Origin: Paecilomyces variotii
Lineage: Eukaryota
Direction: 5' to 3' (one strand)
Assembly: GCA_004022145.1 (NCBI GenBank)
Contig: RCNU01000010.1
Length of the DNA stretch: 64,000 nt
In this document: one piece after another, positions 11,863-24,073 of the stretch
Numbering within the stretch: the stretch's first letter is position 1
How the letters are laid out: every line of letters starts with the position of its first letter
Made by a program: the position numbers and the translations under genes
The notes under the pieces: model-generated
Databases searched by the model: none
The model's input: only the letters and a program-made list of their open reading frames with translations
What the model was told of the DNA's origin: nothing

Positions 11863-12909
11863 ATGGGTATCAGTCGAACAATTAGCATAGTTGGCTGCCA
11901 CTGCGCGGGCGAAGTTGGCGATGTCATCGTTGGAGGTGTTCTCGACCCCCCTGGATGTTCAACGATGTATGAAAAACTGGTCTACTTCCGAGACAAAGCT
12001 GATGATATTCGTCAACTTCTCCTGAATGAGCCCCGAGGCCGGCCGGCCATGTGCACGAACCTCGTCCTCCCGCCATGCAATCCCAAAGCAGATGCCGGGT
12101 TTCTTATCATGGAGAGTGAAGAATACCCACCAATGTCGGGTGGTAATACTATTTGCACAGCCACTGTGCTGCTGGAAACGGGGATGGTGCCAATGAAAGA
12201 GCCGATTACCAGGATGCTACTAGATACGGCTGCAGGTCCTGTAGGCATCACTGCCGAATGTGAGAATGGGAAGTGCAGGGCCGTTGCTTTTGACAACGTA
12301 CCTGCGTTCGTATTCGCTCTAGATTATAAGGTCCGAGTACCTGGTCTTGGAATGATTTCTGTGGATATTGCCTGGGGCGGCATGATTTATGTAGTTGTCG
12401 ACGCAGCGTCCGTTGGTCTTCGTATCAACAACAGAAATGGTCCGAAACTTATTGACATCGGCGAGAGGATCAAACAAGCTGTACAAAACGCATACACTCC
12501 TGTTCATCCGGAAAACCCGGGGATTCAAGGAGTCTCTATTCTCGAGTTTACGGAACCTCTGCGGCAGGAACCATCAGGAGAAAAAGTAGCTGTTAACACA
12601 GTTGTGGTAGCTCCTGGAAGGTTTGATCGTTGCCCATGTGGCACTGGGAGCTGTGCTAGAATGGCGATTTTACATGCAAGGGGACAGCTGGAAGTTGGAG
12701 AAAAGTTTCAGCATCGCAGCATCATTGGGAGCAGCTTCGAGTGTCATATACGAGGTACGACGAAGGTTGGAGAATATGATGCAATCCTCCCAAGTGTGAA
12801 AGGAAGTGCTTGGGTCACAGGGTATAAGCAGATGTTCTTGGATTCTACGGATCCTTTTCCTCTTGGATTCAGGGTGGGAGATCAATGGCATATGTCAGAT
12901 GCTGCTTGA
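11863..12909 (+). CDS. Proline racemase superfamily enzyme (Ser/Cys catalytic pair; candidate hydroxyproline epimerase/dehydratase), intronless
   Basis: 348 aa ORF. Motifs: GCHCAGEVGDVIVGG, LLNEPRG, YPPMSGGNTIC (Ser92 at the first catalytic position), VDIAWGG, DRCPCGTG (Cys259), DPFPLGF. Confidence 0.93.
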   Translation: MGISRTISIVGCHCAGEVGDVIVGGVLDPPGCSTMYEKLVYFRDKADDIRQLLLNEPRGRPAMCTNLVLPPCNPKADAGFLIMESEEYPPMSGGNTICTATVLLETGMVPMKEPITRMLLDTAAGPVGITAECENGKCRAVAFDNVPAFVFALDYKVRVPGLGMISVDIAWGGMIYVVVDAASVGLRINNRNGPKLIDIGERIKQAVQNAYTPVHPENPGIQGVSILEFTEPLRQEPSGEKVAVNTVVVAPGRFDRCPCGTGSCARMAILHARGQLEVGEKFQHRSIIGSSFECHIRGTTKVGEYDAILPSVKGSAWVTGYKQMFLDSTDPFPLGFRVGDQWHMSDAA

Positions 12910-15900
12910 AATATGTTTCAGCCGCGCATTTCGTATTCGAGACATCTCAACGCCTCTAGCAATGAGAATAAAAGAAAGAGATAAATCTAAGAATATATGG
13001 GATAACAAGAGACTGAATCTACCCTGTATTTTTTCTATCTCGCGCTCAAGTATTTAGAATGAAGGCATCGTACGATATTAACCGCGACTTATGGGACTAA
13101 CAAGATCCCAACAAACAGCAGTAGCCTTGCCTTCCCATAAGTCCTTATCATTCAACGCCCGGAACGCAGGCACAGACGATCATAATGCGTGAAAAAACAG
13201 AGCCTCCCATCAGCTCAGCTGTCCTAAGCCACATACAGGCAAATTGGTAGCTAGAGGAACATACAATTACTGCGGTCTCCAAACCGGTTATATTGCGCGA
13301 GCGTCAATACCTATTTGAAGTAATTACAGTCCAGCAGTTACAGTATGTAGCGACTATCTTATAATTGATCTTTAATCAATATTATCCTTGTCGAAGCGAT
13401 ATTGATAAAGCAAATAAGGCGTTTCATCACAGATCACATTCTATTGCGGGTTTTATGTAACAGAGTAGTCCCATGCCAAACCTCATTCTAATTAGTTCAT
13501 TTCACCCTAATGTTACATCCCCTTCCACCGCTTTTTTTCTTTTCTGTAGTCAGGCCACTTTACTGTCCCTATTCTCTTAGTCATCGGCGCTCGGGGTGCG
13601 TAGGATCCCTAGTAGGCTAGTAGGGTTCTATGTACAGTGTGCGCCTTACATTGGTGCCCTGACGATATCGGGAGAAAAGCAAAAGAAAAACAAAAGAAAC
13701 AAAAAAAATAGCGTGCTAGAGATTTTCTATAGTGCTTTTTACTCTAGAGTATTGAGTCTTATGAAGAGTCTTTCAAGTTTTCGGGGAGGTACTTGTATAT
13801 TGATCAATTGCTAAAGCTAGCTTTGACCTTGACGAGGATTTTAGTGACTTAACAACAGGTAATTACTTACCTTCTCAGTCCTCTCCGGGGAATGGTCTTT
13901 GTGTATGTGTATTGGTATGTGTTATCCTTGCACGAGTCACCAACTCTTCTTCTTGTCTTTGAAAGACGATGAATAATACTGCAGTGCGATTGACCAGTCG
14001 AGTACCTTGTTGAGGCGAGGTTATCAGGGTTCATCGACCCGTACCCAATTAGAATATGTAGTATCAATAAGTACGGGCTGGCTGAAAGACAACCCTCGAA
14101 ACTCCAACTTTTGCCGACTCATCCAACATCATACTGGCTGACGCTGTCGGCCCCGGTGATGCCAAGCGCATACCAGAGGAAACAGGCTCGCGACCTCCCT
14201 CGAACTTCCAAGGGAGGGAGCGTTCGTGAGCGCCTGGCTGGTATTATTATTGATTAATGCTAGTTCTCAGAATAGCGGTGATCAGTTGCGGCTTGGTTTC
14301 TTTTGGCGTTCCCGGTCTAGATACATTACTTACAGCAGAAGTGAGAATACTTTGTACGCTGTTTCTTGTAATGGAGACGGATGTGCTTTGATTGCGAATC
14401 CCATTATCATATTTGTTTCCTTTCTTTCGCAGGGAATAATGATATTAATAATAACTAACAATATCATTGACTAACTACTATTTTTTTTATCCTAGCTTCT
14501 CCATGAATAATAACTAGCAGCGCTACAGCAGCACGCCGCCGTTTCGTACCTGTCAAACAATAGTAACTAGTGGTAAGTGAGACCTCGACTCCGCTTCCGA
14601 AACGCAGATCACATAGTAAGCGTGAAACGAGGGCAGTAATTATTATTATTATTATTTCCTCTCTCGCCACCCAGGAACCGCATCTCGTCAGCAAATCGAC
14701 GGGCCTCAGATCGTCCGCAAGAATTTAGTTAATTATTCTAGATTGGGGAGTCCTTGCTGAGATAATAATTCCAGCCATTCTGGTGTTTCCTGTCGGGCGC
14801 ACTGCTGTACGACCATGGCTGGCTTAGACACAAAGCCAGGACTTAGCATTGTGTCGCCTTACAGGACTTGAGAGTACTTACAATACTGTACAATGGATAT
14901 CGCGGCTTCTGAGGTAGTTAGTTACTTATGCCTGGCGATCGATCATGAAAATCGAAGCTTGAGTCTGCTGCTCACAGGGAGTAGTAAACGGCAGGTAATA
15001 ATAATAATAATAAGAACTATTATCGGTTCAGCAGCTGGGAATGCGAAGGCCCCACTGGCCCTATTATTACTGCTTGCGAGAGAGGCCCCTTGGGGAGATG
15101 ACCGCTCCGCGATGTCAAGGAACGGTACCTTGAGCCTTGAGGCCTCCTGTGATCCTCAAAAGGAGCCTATCAAATCTGGATGCGGACCTTGTAAGATCGA
15201 GCGCTGAATAATGGTGACCCTTGCCACTCTCGTTCAGCTCTGCTGACTCGCACATGACTATTATTATCTGGTTCTGAGCAACAGGGAGAACCGGTGATAA
15301 CTTAATAATAATTGTATACATCGGTGGCTAACTCGATGCTACCATGAGAGCCGGCGGATGGGAATCGTGCTGGTCTTCGCGGACACGTGTATCGCATATT
15401 ACGTTAGCGAGGGGAATCATAGTTAACTAAGTTAACTAATAACTACCTAAAGAATAAGCAACCGGGGGTTGAATGCGAGATGGTCAGCTTCGATTTCAAC
15501 GTCCTACGACCAATTTACGAACAATTCGGATCCGAACGTCGCCTGGTTTCCCCCCCTGGGGTTACTGGCTTGCAGCAGCCGGGTGACCTGCGGGTCAACT
15601 CGTAGCCTCTCTGATTCATGAGGTTGCCAGGCTCCGCTGGTTCTTTTTAAGACATCCATTATTGCTGCTGCATGTCGCGATATCTATGATCGACCAGATT
15701 CCCATCGGCGGGCACAATTGACGCCAGCTACGGCTTAAATACGCAGAAAGAACATTGTGAGATTCCGCATTCTAATCATCAATACAATCTCCAGAGAGCC
15801 AGACCCAAAGCGAGAGAAGTGTCGATGTCTCCACATTTGGCACGCGAATGGGGCCGACGTCTATAAGTTAGCGGTCCGTCGAACGAGCTCGCGAAGTCCG

Positions 15901-16929
15901 GAGGCGCTCCGGAAAGCCCAGGCTTGGGCCGGATTCGCTGGTAAGTTACGTAGTGGTCCCGAGGAGCGAGAATCGCCTCCCTTCCAGCTGGAGTTCCAGG
16001 CATTGGCTCTTTGTTTTTGCAGAGGTCGGCGGTGTGGTGACGCTTTTCAAGAAAAGAAAAATTTGGTGTTCGCTCTTACATTCCTCTGCGAGGAGCTGTA
16101 GAAACCGAGGCGTCGCGGCGGGTGATCTGCGGTCAGGGAACAGCTTAAGGCGAACCTCGTGGGAGGCTGCTTCCACGAAAAGGAAAGCTGTGGACCGAAT
16201 GTAGTACGACAAACCGTCCAAGCAGAAGCAAGCAAGCAAGGCATGGTTGCTATCACATCCTAATAATCTTCTAGTCGTCTTCCCCGCTTGCTGGGCGTTA
16301 GAGACCCTGGTCCTCCCGACTCGATTCTTGCCGGGCATTAATTGATTAATGTTTCGACGGGCACAACTAGAGAAAGGCAGTCAGTCAGTCGATAGGGCGA
16401 CAGGCTCCAGCTGGGAGAGAGCAAGACGGACGAAGCCATCGATTGATCAGTCCATCATCCTTTACGCCCCCTTCTGGACGACCAGTGGGGGCAACGCCGT
16501 GGCAGGGCAGGGCCATGGCGTAAGGTAGCGTCCGTAGCGCGGATAGCGTGCCAGAGGAGGACAAGTTCCGTATGGTCACGTCCGATGGGTGGTGTGTACA
16601 CGCTGCGAAAGTCAGTCAGTCTGCCCGAGTTGACGTGGGAGAAAGAAAGGATAGCAGTTGGGTGAACCAGCAGCGAGCCAGAGTTACGAGCCAGACCAGA
16701 CGGACGGGAACTGGGCTCAGAAGGAGAACATCAGTGATTTCCGTCAGTCTGGATGGGGAGAGAAGCATCTCGACTGACGATTGACTTCGAGGTTCGCTCT
16801 CAGCTGGACTCGAAGAAGCAGAACGCAGCCACTGCACCCGCCTCGCTTCGCCTCAAGCAGTAATAGTGCAGTCCTGCTTGGCACGCCTACCGACAACGAG
16901 GTACCCTACGCCGCTTCTCCCCACTGCCT

Positions 16930-17010
16930 CCTCACTCACTCTCACTCTCTCTCACTCTCTCTCTCTCTCATTCCCTCATTCCCTCAGTCTGTCACTCTCA
17001 CTTTCTCTCT
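16930..17010 (+). repeat. CT-rich microsatellite-like tract (CT box) upstream of the ELL-like gene
   Basis: ctcactcactctcactctctctcactctctctctctctca... pyrimidine tract. Confidence 0.7.
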
Positions 17011-17297
17011 CTTCTCTTCCAGCATCCCTCCCTCCTGCTCGACTTCTCTGGGCTGTTGGCGTCCTGCTGGCCATGTGTCTGTCTCGTCCTGAGGGCTTGT
17101 TTGCCTCTCTCCCAGCAAACATCATTCCTGCTCCCTCCACCCTTCCGGCCATCGCCTGATCTATGGAGCTGGGCGACCTCAGCTTTCCGTGCTTCTGGTA
17201 GCTGAGAGCCAGCTCATAAGATCCTCCAGGTTGTTTAACCTCTTTCTCGAGACTCTTGACACTCCAATTCCTTTCCGTCACGGCCACATCTCTCGTC

Positions 17298-19469
17298 ATG
17301 GCGGTTTTGGATGTTCCCGACACCGGGCTGTCTCTCCGGAGAGACCAGCCCGATGGCCTCTCCCCCGGACCGTCAGCCAGAACCACACAGATCATGCGGT
17401 TGAATCTCGCCCAGAGCACCCTGGATGAGCTCGTCCAAAGCCTTCGAAATGAACAGAAAGCTCGAATCCGCCTAGGGAGACACCAGACCCTTTACTACGG
17501 TTCCAAAGCTCAACATTTCCGCTCCTCACCCGAAGCCCACCGATCTGAGATCTACAGCGCCAATCCGGCAGATAAGGAAAACATGTACTTCACTGGTGTC
17601 CTTAGTCACAACCTCGAGGTTCAAAAGGCTAAGGAGGACACTGCGGCAACCGATGAGGCCCTGGCCAACCTTGAGCTGAGCCTGAATGCCTTCGAAAGGG
17701 GAAAGGAGTCCAAGAAGACACACATGATCACAAATATACTGGATGTGAAGGCTCTTGGCGCTGGAGATAACCGGTCTTCGACGGGTAAACAAGCCGCCCG
17801 TCTGGCTCGCATGCCAACAAGCAAGATTGATGTGGAGAAGGAGAGGTTCTTCAAGAATGCGGCGAACCGGTCCATCCCCACCAGCCCTGCATTAGGCGTT
17901 ACACGCTCTCCCGTTCCCGCCCTCTCATCTACCTCCGCACCCTCAACCCAAAACAAGGATAGAATTCGTCTAGAGGCATTGAAGGTGCCCTTCATCCATC
18001 TACTGGCCATTCGGGCTGTCTCGGTGAAGTTCTTGGCGCGGCAGACTCGCTCTTCTCAAGAGGACTGTCAGGCGTTGGCTCGCAAATATGGCACTGAGAA
18101 CCGCCTTGATCGTGACAAGTTCGATCTCAAGGACAAGGCATACCGAGATCTCGATGTCTGGAACTTCCCCTATCCCAGTCAGGAAGACCGCCAGGAGGCT
18201 ATCGAGAATGCCATCTCGGCCTTTGACCGGATGCGTATCTCCCGCTCAGACAAGCTCTGGCAGATGCTTCTCCCCAAAGAAGAACGTGGTAAGGGCAAAG
18301 TGCTCTCGCGTCTGGACCTGAGCAAAGGACCCATCAAGAAGGCTGTCACTCCTCGTATCCATATCCAGCCGTCTGAGGATACTGGCAAGGAAGGATATGT
18401 CACTGGAAACGAGACGGATAGGACGAACGGAAGGCATACACCTAACACCACCGCTGGAAAGCTGACTCCCAAGCTTGGGGCAACGACGCAAAAGAAACGA
18501 GTTGGAGACAGAGATGGCCCTGCCAAGCGAGCATCAACCAAGGCCAAAAACACAACGTTGACTGGGCGGGTGACCAAGAAGACGGAGAAAAAGCCAACTG
18601 CCAAACCAGATGGCAAGTTCAAATCTGCTGAATATGTACACGACTCTGATGAGGATGATACGGATATGGCCGATGCTCCCCCACCCAGGAATCCAGAGCT
18701 CGAAAAGGTGAGACCGGCCAGTGCGGTTGCCAGCAAGGCTCCCACACCATCGAAGGTAGCCACGGACTCCCGGTCATCCGCCCAAAAAGCACCTAAGCAA
18801 GAGGCTGAACGTGCCAACCCAAAGCCCTCTTCCTCCACTGCCGGTACTACTGGATCGAAGACGTTGCCCAGCTCATCGCGACCCTCAAACTCGTCACCCC
18901 AGAAACCGTCCCCTCTCGCGTCTTCGCCTCCTACGAACGCATCCGACCTCGACAGTGCGAGCAGCAAGTCTGTTCCAGATGCTTCGTCGAGTTCCTCGTC
19001 ACCTCTCATCACACAGATATCCAAGAATAAACCATCTGCTGATGCCCCTCGCGTGACGAAACCCTCTGTGAAGGTTAATGGTACTGCCCAGAGACCGCAA
19101 GGAACTGGGAATCCGCTGAAGCGCAAGGCTCGTATCGACCATGATACTAGCTCTACCGCCCGACTGAATGGGCATATCAATGGGCATCTTGAAGCAAAGC
19201 GGCGACGACCACCTAGTGTATCTAGTGGCAGCAGTACTGGCAGCGCCTCCCCGCCTCTTAGCCAGGAACTTCTCCGGCAGCAACTGCGAGAGAAGTCGCA
19301 AAAGTTCAAGCAGTATTACACCAAGTACCGCGCTCTACATGAGACATTGGCATCGCAGCCAAATCCGCCTCGTGCGGAGCTAGATAAGCTCGAGAGACAG
19401 CATACTCGCCTACAGCTGATGAAGAAGGAAATCTGGGATGAAGATCGGAGACTCCGCAGTGGCCTATAA
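17298..19469 (+). CDS. Putative RNA polymerase II elongation factor ELL-like protein
   Basis: Intronless ORF from the first ATG at 17298 (MAVLDVP). It has a central winged-helix-like block (FDLKDKAYRDLDVWNFPY), a long S/P/K-rich disordered region, and a C-terminal occludin/ELL-like helical domain (FKQYYTKYRALHE...LERQHTRLQLMKKEIW). Confidence 0.65.
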   Translation: MAVLDVPDTGLSLRRDQPDGLSPGPSARTTQIMRLNLAQSTLDELVQSLRNEQKARIRLGRHQTLYYGSKAQHFRSSPEAHRSEIYSANPADKENMYFTGVLSHNLEVQKAKEDTAATDEALANLELSLNAFERGKESKKTHMITNILDVKALGAGDNRSSTGKQAARLARMPTSKIDVEKERFFKNAANRSIPTSPALGVTRSPVPALSSTSAPSTQNKDRIRLEALKVPFIHLLAIRAVSVKFLARQTRSSQEDCQALARKYGTENRLDRDKFDLKDKAYRDLDVWNFPYPSQEDRQEAIENAISAFDRMRISRSDKLWQMLLPKEERGKGKVLSRLDLSKGPIKKAVTPRIHIQPSEDTGKEGYVTGNETDRTNGRHTPNTTAGKLTPKLGATTQKKRVGDRDGPAKRASTKAKNTTLTGRVTKKTEKKPTAKPDGKFKSAEYVHDSDEDDTDMADAPPPRNPELEKVRPASAVASKAPTPSKVATDSRSSAQKAPKQEAERANPKPSSSTAGTTGSKTLPSSSRPSNSSPQKPSPLASSPPTNASDLDSASSKSVPDASSSSSSPLITQISKNKPSADAPRVTKPSVKVNGTAQRPQGTGNPLKRKARIDHDTSSTARLNGHINGHLEAKRRRPPSVSSGSSTGSASPPLSQELLRQQLREKSQKFKQYYTKYRALHETLASQPNPPRAELDKLERQHTRLQLMKKEIWDEDRRLRSGL

Positions 19470-20793
19470 GTCGATGGAGAAGAGCATAGTCGTGACGTCT
19501 ACAGAGTGAAGTGTTTTGGAGCTTCATTTGATTTCTATTTGCATTCTAACTTTTCTTATCATGGAATATCCTGGAATATCCTGGGCGTTGAGTTACTGGA
19601 ACAAAAGGTCAACTGCATTGGGCGTCTGGATAATGAGCCTCTCCGAATTTGAGTGAGCATCTGTTTATTTTTTACCCTCTATTTTTGCCCTTGATTTACG
19701 CCCTCTTGATGGAGCCGGCTATTGTCATTATTTTGTATAGAGGAAACCCAAAAAAGATTGGGGACCACGCAGCTACCATGTAGAGTTTCACAACCATGGC
19801 GGCAGTGCATCCATGCATTGTAGTATCAATCACGTTAGAATTCATTCGATGATAAATTGAATCCGTGTTGATTGTAAAGTCTATGTCCACTTGTCGTACT
19901 CCTGCGATATGCCGTTCGCAAGTCCTTGATCGCACCAGGGTTGGCTGCAAGTAAGCTATCATACGCCAACCAACATCCCGCTAATTATTCCTCAAATGCC
20001 CAACCTACGCAAAAGCACACAAGGCAACTTCCGTTTCTCTGTTTTGTTTTTGGCCCTCACATTCTCTAATAATACATCAAAGCTTCGTTCATCCGCGGAA
20101 ACCTCTTCTAAGCTTCCCCACTCCCCGAGTCCCGGAACCCGATCCGACCTGGCTAATCCCATCGCGGTCTAGTCTTGATCTTGCCCCGGACTGGACTGGT
20201 ACCCCGAGGCACGTGGCTGCAGCCAACTCGTAACTTACCGAATCATCCCGTCACGCTCGTGTATCAAAAATACCATACACCCAGCCATGATGTCATGACG
20301 AAGGCTGTAACCACGCTAGACTGAAAACGGGACAGCGCCATCAGTGACCACTGACCGCCCGTCGAGTGAGAACGTGCAAGAGCCGCAATCTGTTTGGAAC
20401 GACGGCGGCAGATATCTCCTTGTTCTGGCAGTTCGCTCTTCTGGTTGCCCTCACGCAGGATATTCGGGTCTGGCTCATTGTTGGGGGGCTGAGTTGCGAT
20501 TCTAATTGATTTTCCGTCGTGTCATGTTGAGATTAGCGTGACGTGATTCAAGCTGGTATCGGGAAGCTCCATCACGCATTGAAACGAGATCGACCACGGG
20601 CAACTCCACGCAGTCGTATCGATAGAGGATCGAATTCAAGAACAATACATCGATTCTACACACTGGAAAGTTGGTGGCTTGCCAGGTACGGGCAGAGCTG
20701 ATCTGCTATTTGGCGCAGACTTTCTGTTCTCTCGTCACACCGCACCGCCACGATCGTGACACCTACGAATATTCCTAGCAAGCAGATTACGCA

Positions 20794-22990
20794 ATGCCTC
20801 CAGCAAAAGGCCCGGGTTCAGGAAGGAGAAATCCAAGTGTGCTGGTGAGTGTCTTCTATCTGTGGGCATTGCTCCAGTCAAATGTGTAGGGGGCTTGCAT
20901 TTGGGAGTTGGAGCTAATATCTGCCAGGTCACCGATTCTCGCGAGCAACAACAGCCAGCACGCCGCAGCCCAGCCTCAACACGTTTCATAACCGTCGATA
21001 ATGTCCTACAGTATGCGTCTGATGTGCCCTCGATGCAGCAGCGGCACCCTCCGCAGGGCGTGCGACAGCGTCCGCGCTCCCGCCTGGCATCGGGCGGTGG
21101 TCTGATTGGCAGCGGGGGCGGCGGCGGAATGGGTTCGAGCAACGCGACAGGGACAATGGGAAGATTGGCTGCTCAGCCCAGACTGCCACCACGGACGACA
21201 AAGGTCAGCGAGAAATTGGTGTTGCTTCCGGAAACAGACCAAGTAACGCAGGAAGAAGAGGAAGAAGAACAGGCGGACGAGGAGGCGGTTCGCAAATTGG
21301 CGGAGGAGCGGAATCTGGACCCTGAGATTGTTAGAAGGCAATTGGCTTTGGGGAGACAACAGGGCGACTTCGATGTCGATAATGAAATTGCGCCATTGCT
21401 TGCGGACGAGGAGTTAAAGCGCCGTCGCCGCGTTCCTCCTGAGAAGGCAAAGAGCTACGCGGAACGGCTGCCAAAGGCCCGTCGGGCTGAAAAGCTGGCT
21501 CGGGTTACGGCATACTGCACGGCACAGGCTTACAAGATGAGCACAACGGCTGCTTTCCTGAAGGAATGGCATGGTGCAAGGACAAAGCTGTACGATGACT
21601 GTCTCTATGTCGCTTATCAACTGCCGCTGCTGCCCGGCCGCGGGGGCTACAGGATTAAGAGCAGCGCTGCCCTTAAGACTGCTGGCGGCAAAGCAGTTCT
21701 CGATGAGGAAATTGAAAGAAATGAGCGGAGAGATTATCATGAGGAATACTTCACGGAAGAAGCGGAGCACTCTGTTGGTGGGGGTCGTCTCGATCAGGGT
21801 TCAAGAGACAGCCATGAGAGCACAGAAAGCAACCGTGAACATGGCGAGGCTCATTTAGCAGGGACGGATGGCAGCAATATACACGATCAAGAGTCCCGAT
21901 CAACGCCACAAGCTCCCGCTAGGATCTCGCCCAGTGTGCTCGCCGTCGCAGAGATGTTCGTTTTCAGCTACGGAGTGGTCGTCTTCTGGAATTTCACAGA
22001 GAGTCAGGAGAAAGATGTTCTTGCCGACTTGGCTTTCTCTCACTCGACGACCGGGGACCCTCTCTTTCTGGCCACCGTGCCGCTGCAGGAGGAAGATTTC
22101 GAGACTGAAGAGTTCCATTTCGAGTACTCTACCGAGATATCTCGGCCGCGCGTATATAACGACATGATCACTCTGCGGAGCGGTGACCATATGATCAAAT
22201 TGGCAATCAGTCATGGAATTGCCCAGAGCACCAAGCTCTGTTTCTTCGAGGAGGTCATGGCCAGACAGATGAGCGAAGCTAAAGACGTGCCCAGGAGACT
22301 AGCGACGACAGGAAAGCTGGGTATGAAACGAGAAGAAGTCTTCCGGATATTAGGTCGGCTGTTCAAGAGCCGTGTTGAAGTCAATCTATGTGAGTTCTTG
22401 CCCATTTTATCTTCCCCCGATTCATTCCCAACTAACCGCAACCTCTTCCCCAATCAGCTTCGAATATGCTTGACGTGCCAAACTTCTTCTGGGAGAGCGA
22501 GCCGACCCTCTACCCGCTGTACATCGCCGTCCGGGAATACCTCGAGATCAAACCGCGCATCCAAGTCCTGAATGAGCGCTGTCGTGTGTTCCTCGATCTT
22601 GCCGAGATACTGTCCGATTCAATTGCAGATAACAAAGAATCACGTAAGTTTTTATCAATCTCAAACCCAACCACCTTTGCAATCAATCCTACACGAGGAA
22701 ACGAAAAAATAAACACCCCAATTATATTTCTTTCTTTCCCTTTCTTTTCCTAACAATCCACAGACCAAACCTGGATCATCATCGTCCTCATCATCATCTC
22801 CATCTTCGTCACCATCTCCGAAGTCGTCCTCCGCTTTGGCCTCCTTCACGCCCGATCCGGCCCCGCCTCCGCATCCCCCTCACTTTTCTCCACCGTCTTC
22901 GGGTCACGATGCACGTGTCCTACAAATCTCAACTCGACCGCGGCCATTGGCTCGTCTTTCCCACAGGGCATGTTGGAATATACTACCTAG
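20794..22990 (+). CDS. RMD1/RMD8 (Sif2/Sif3, DUF155) family protein, 4 exons
   Basis: ATG at 20794. Introns are 20845-20927, 22390-22458 and 22644-22764. Motifs: RVTAYCTAQAY, EMFVFSYGVVVFWNF, KLAISHGIAQSTKL, LDVPNFFWESEP.LYPLY..VREYLEI.PRI.VLNER, C-terminal TM WIIIVLIIISI. Stop TAG at 22988-22990. Confidence 0.9.
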
Positions 22991-24073
22991 CTAGTATAGT
23001 AATGATTACATTCTATCTCTTGAGAGGTGTGAAAATGAAGGGAAGCAAGCAAGCCAATTAATGCGATCAATCCTTACAGGTAAAGGATCATGGACTTTGC
23101 ATTTTCTCTTTCTTTTTGAGTCAAATGGCCATTGACCAGGTCACTGTTTTGTGCCTTTCTCTCGTGTCTACCTAAATTATTTGTTCTTTTTATCGGTATA
23201 ATAATCACTGTAGAACATCCTCTTCCTCGCGTGGCGCATGTTTCTAGTCCTGGTAGGAGTTGCGGGTCTCGCCTAGATTCAGTACCTACTTTGCGGTACT
23301 ACATGTCGTATGCTTGTATGTATGTATGTACAATGGACAGGTTCTTTTCAATCACGGTATTCTGTTTCGGATCTATTCTACACGAATCATGTAAGCAAGT
23401 ACTAGCGTATTTGAAGTGTAGTATGATAGGTAGGTGAGGTTTGGTTGCACCAAAGAAACTATCTTGAGGTGTATGAGCAACTAAGAAAAGCCCTCGCGGG
23501 CAAGCAAATACGACCGGATAAACAATAAAAGAGCAATATGAGACACGTAGGAAATTAGTAGGTAGGTTAACATGAGAAAATAAGTTATCGCTGAACAAAG
23601 AATGATGAGAGACCAGATCTCCGATGCAGAAGAAACCCGAACCAATTCCATAGCCCAACCCCAAACCTTGACGTGAATATTTTCCCGCTCTCTATCTATG
23701 CTTCATTCTGGTCATACGGATCATCAGACGGAAGCATCGAGTAGGAAATCAACCGACAAAAATCGCCACTCAAACCGGACTCCTTCCAGTGCCAAGCCGG
23801 ACTGCAGGGGATAATAATGGGTTCCCCTGAGAAGAGAGAAAAGAAAGAGAAAAAAAAAGAAATTAAAGATATCGACACGTGTATGAAAGCTAAATTGACA
23901 GACAGATGAACGAAGTTATATCAAGGTCGATTGCTTCGAGGGAATCACATCACAAGAAACCCAACGCACGAGAACACCGATAATGCCATATTCTTACAGA
24001 ACCAAGCGCCCAGACGCTTGTTCGGTTCCTGGTGTAGCAAGAACGAACATGCGTATGCCCCATTTTTGTGTGA

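Noticed and set aside
13648-13675. TGGTGCCCTGACG resembling an LTR primer-binding site
   Set aside because: No paired LTRs or gag/pol remnants are visible nearby.
18179-19309. 376-aa minus-strand ORF
   Set aside because: It is the antisense shadow of the low-complexity half of the ELL-like gene and has no recognisable domain.
22775-22815. (ATC)n-like repeat
   Set aside because: It encodes the Ile-rich TM helix of the RMD1/RMD8-family protein.
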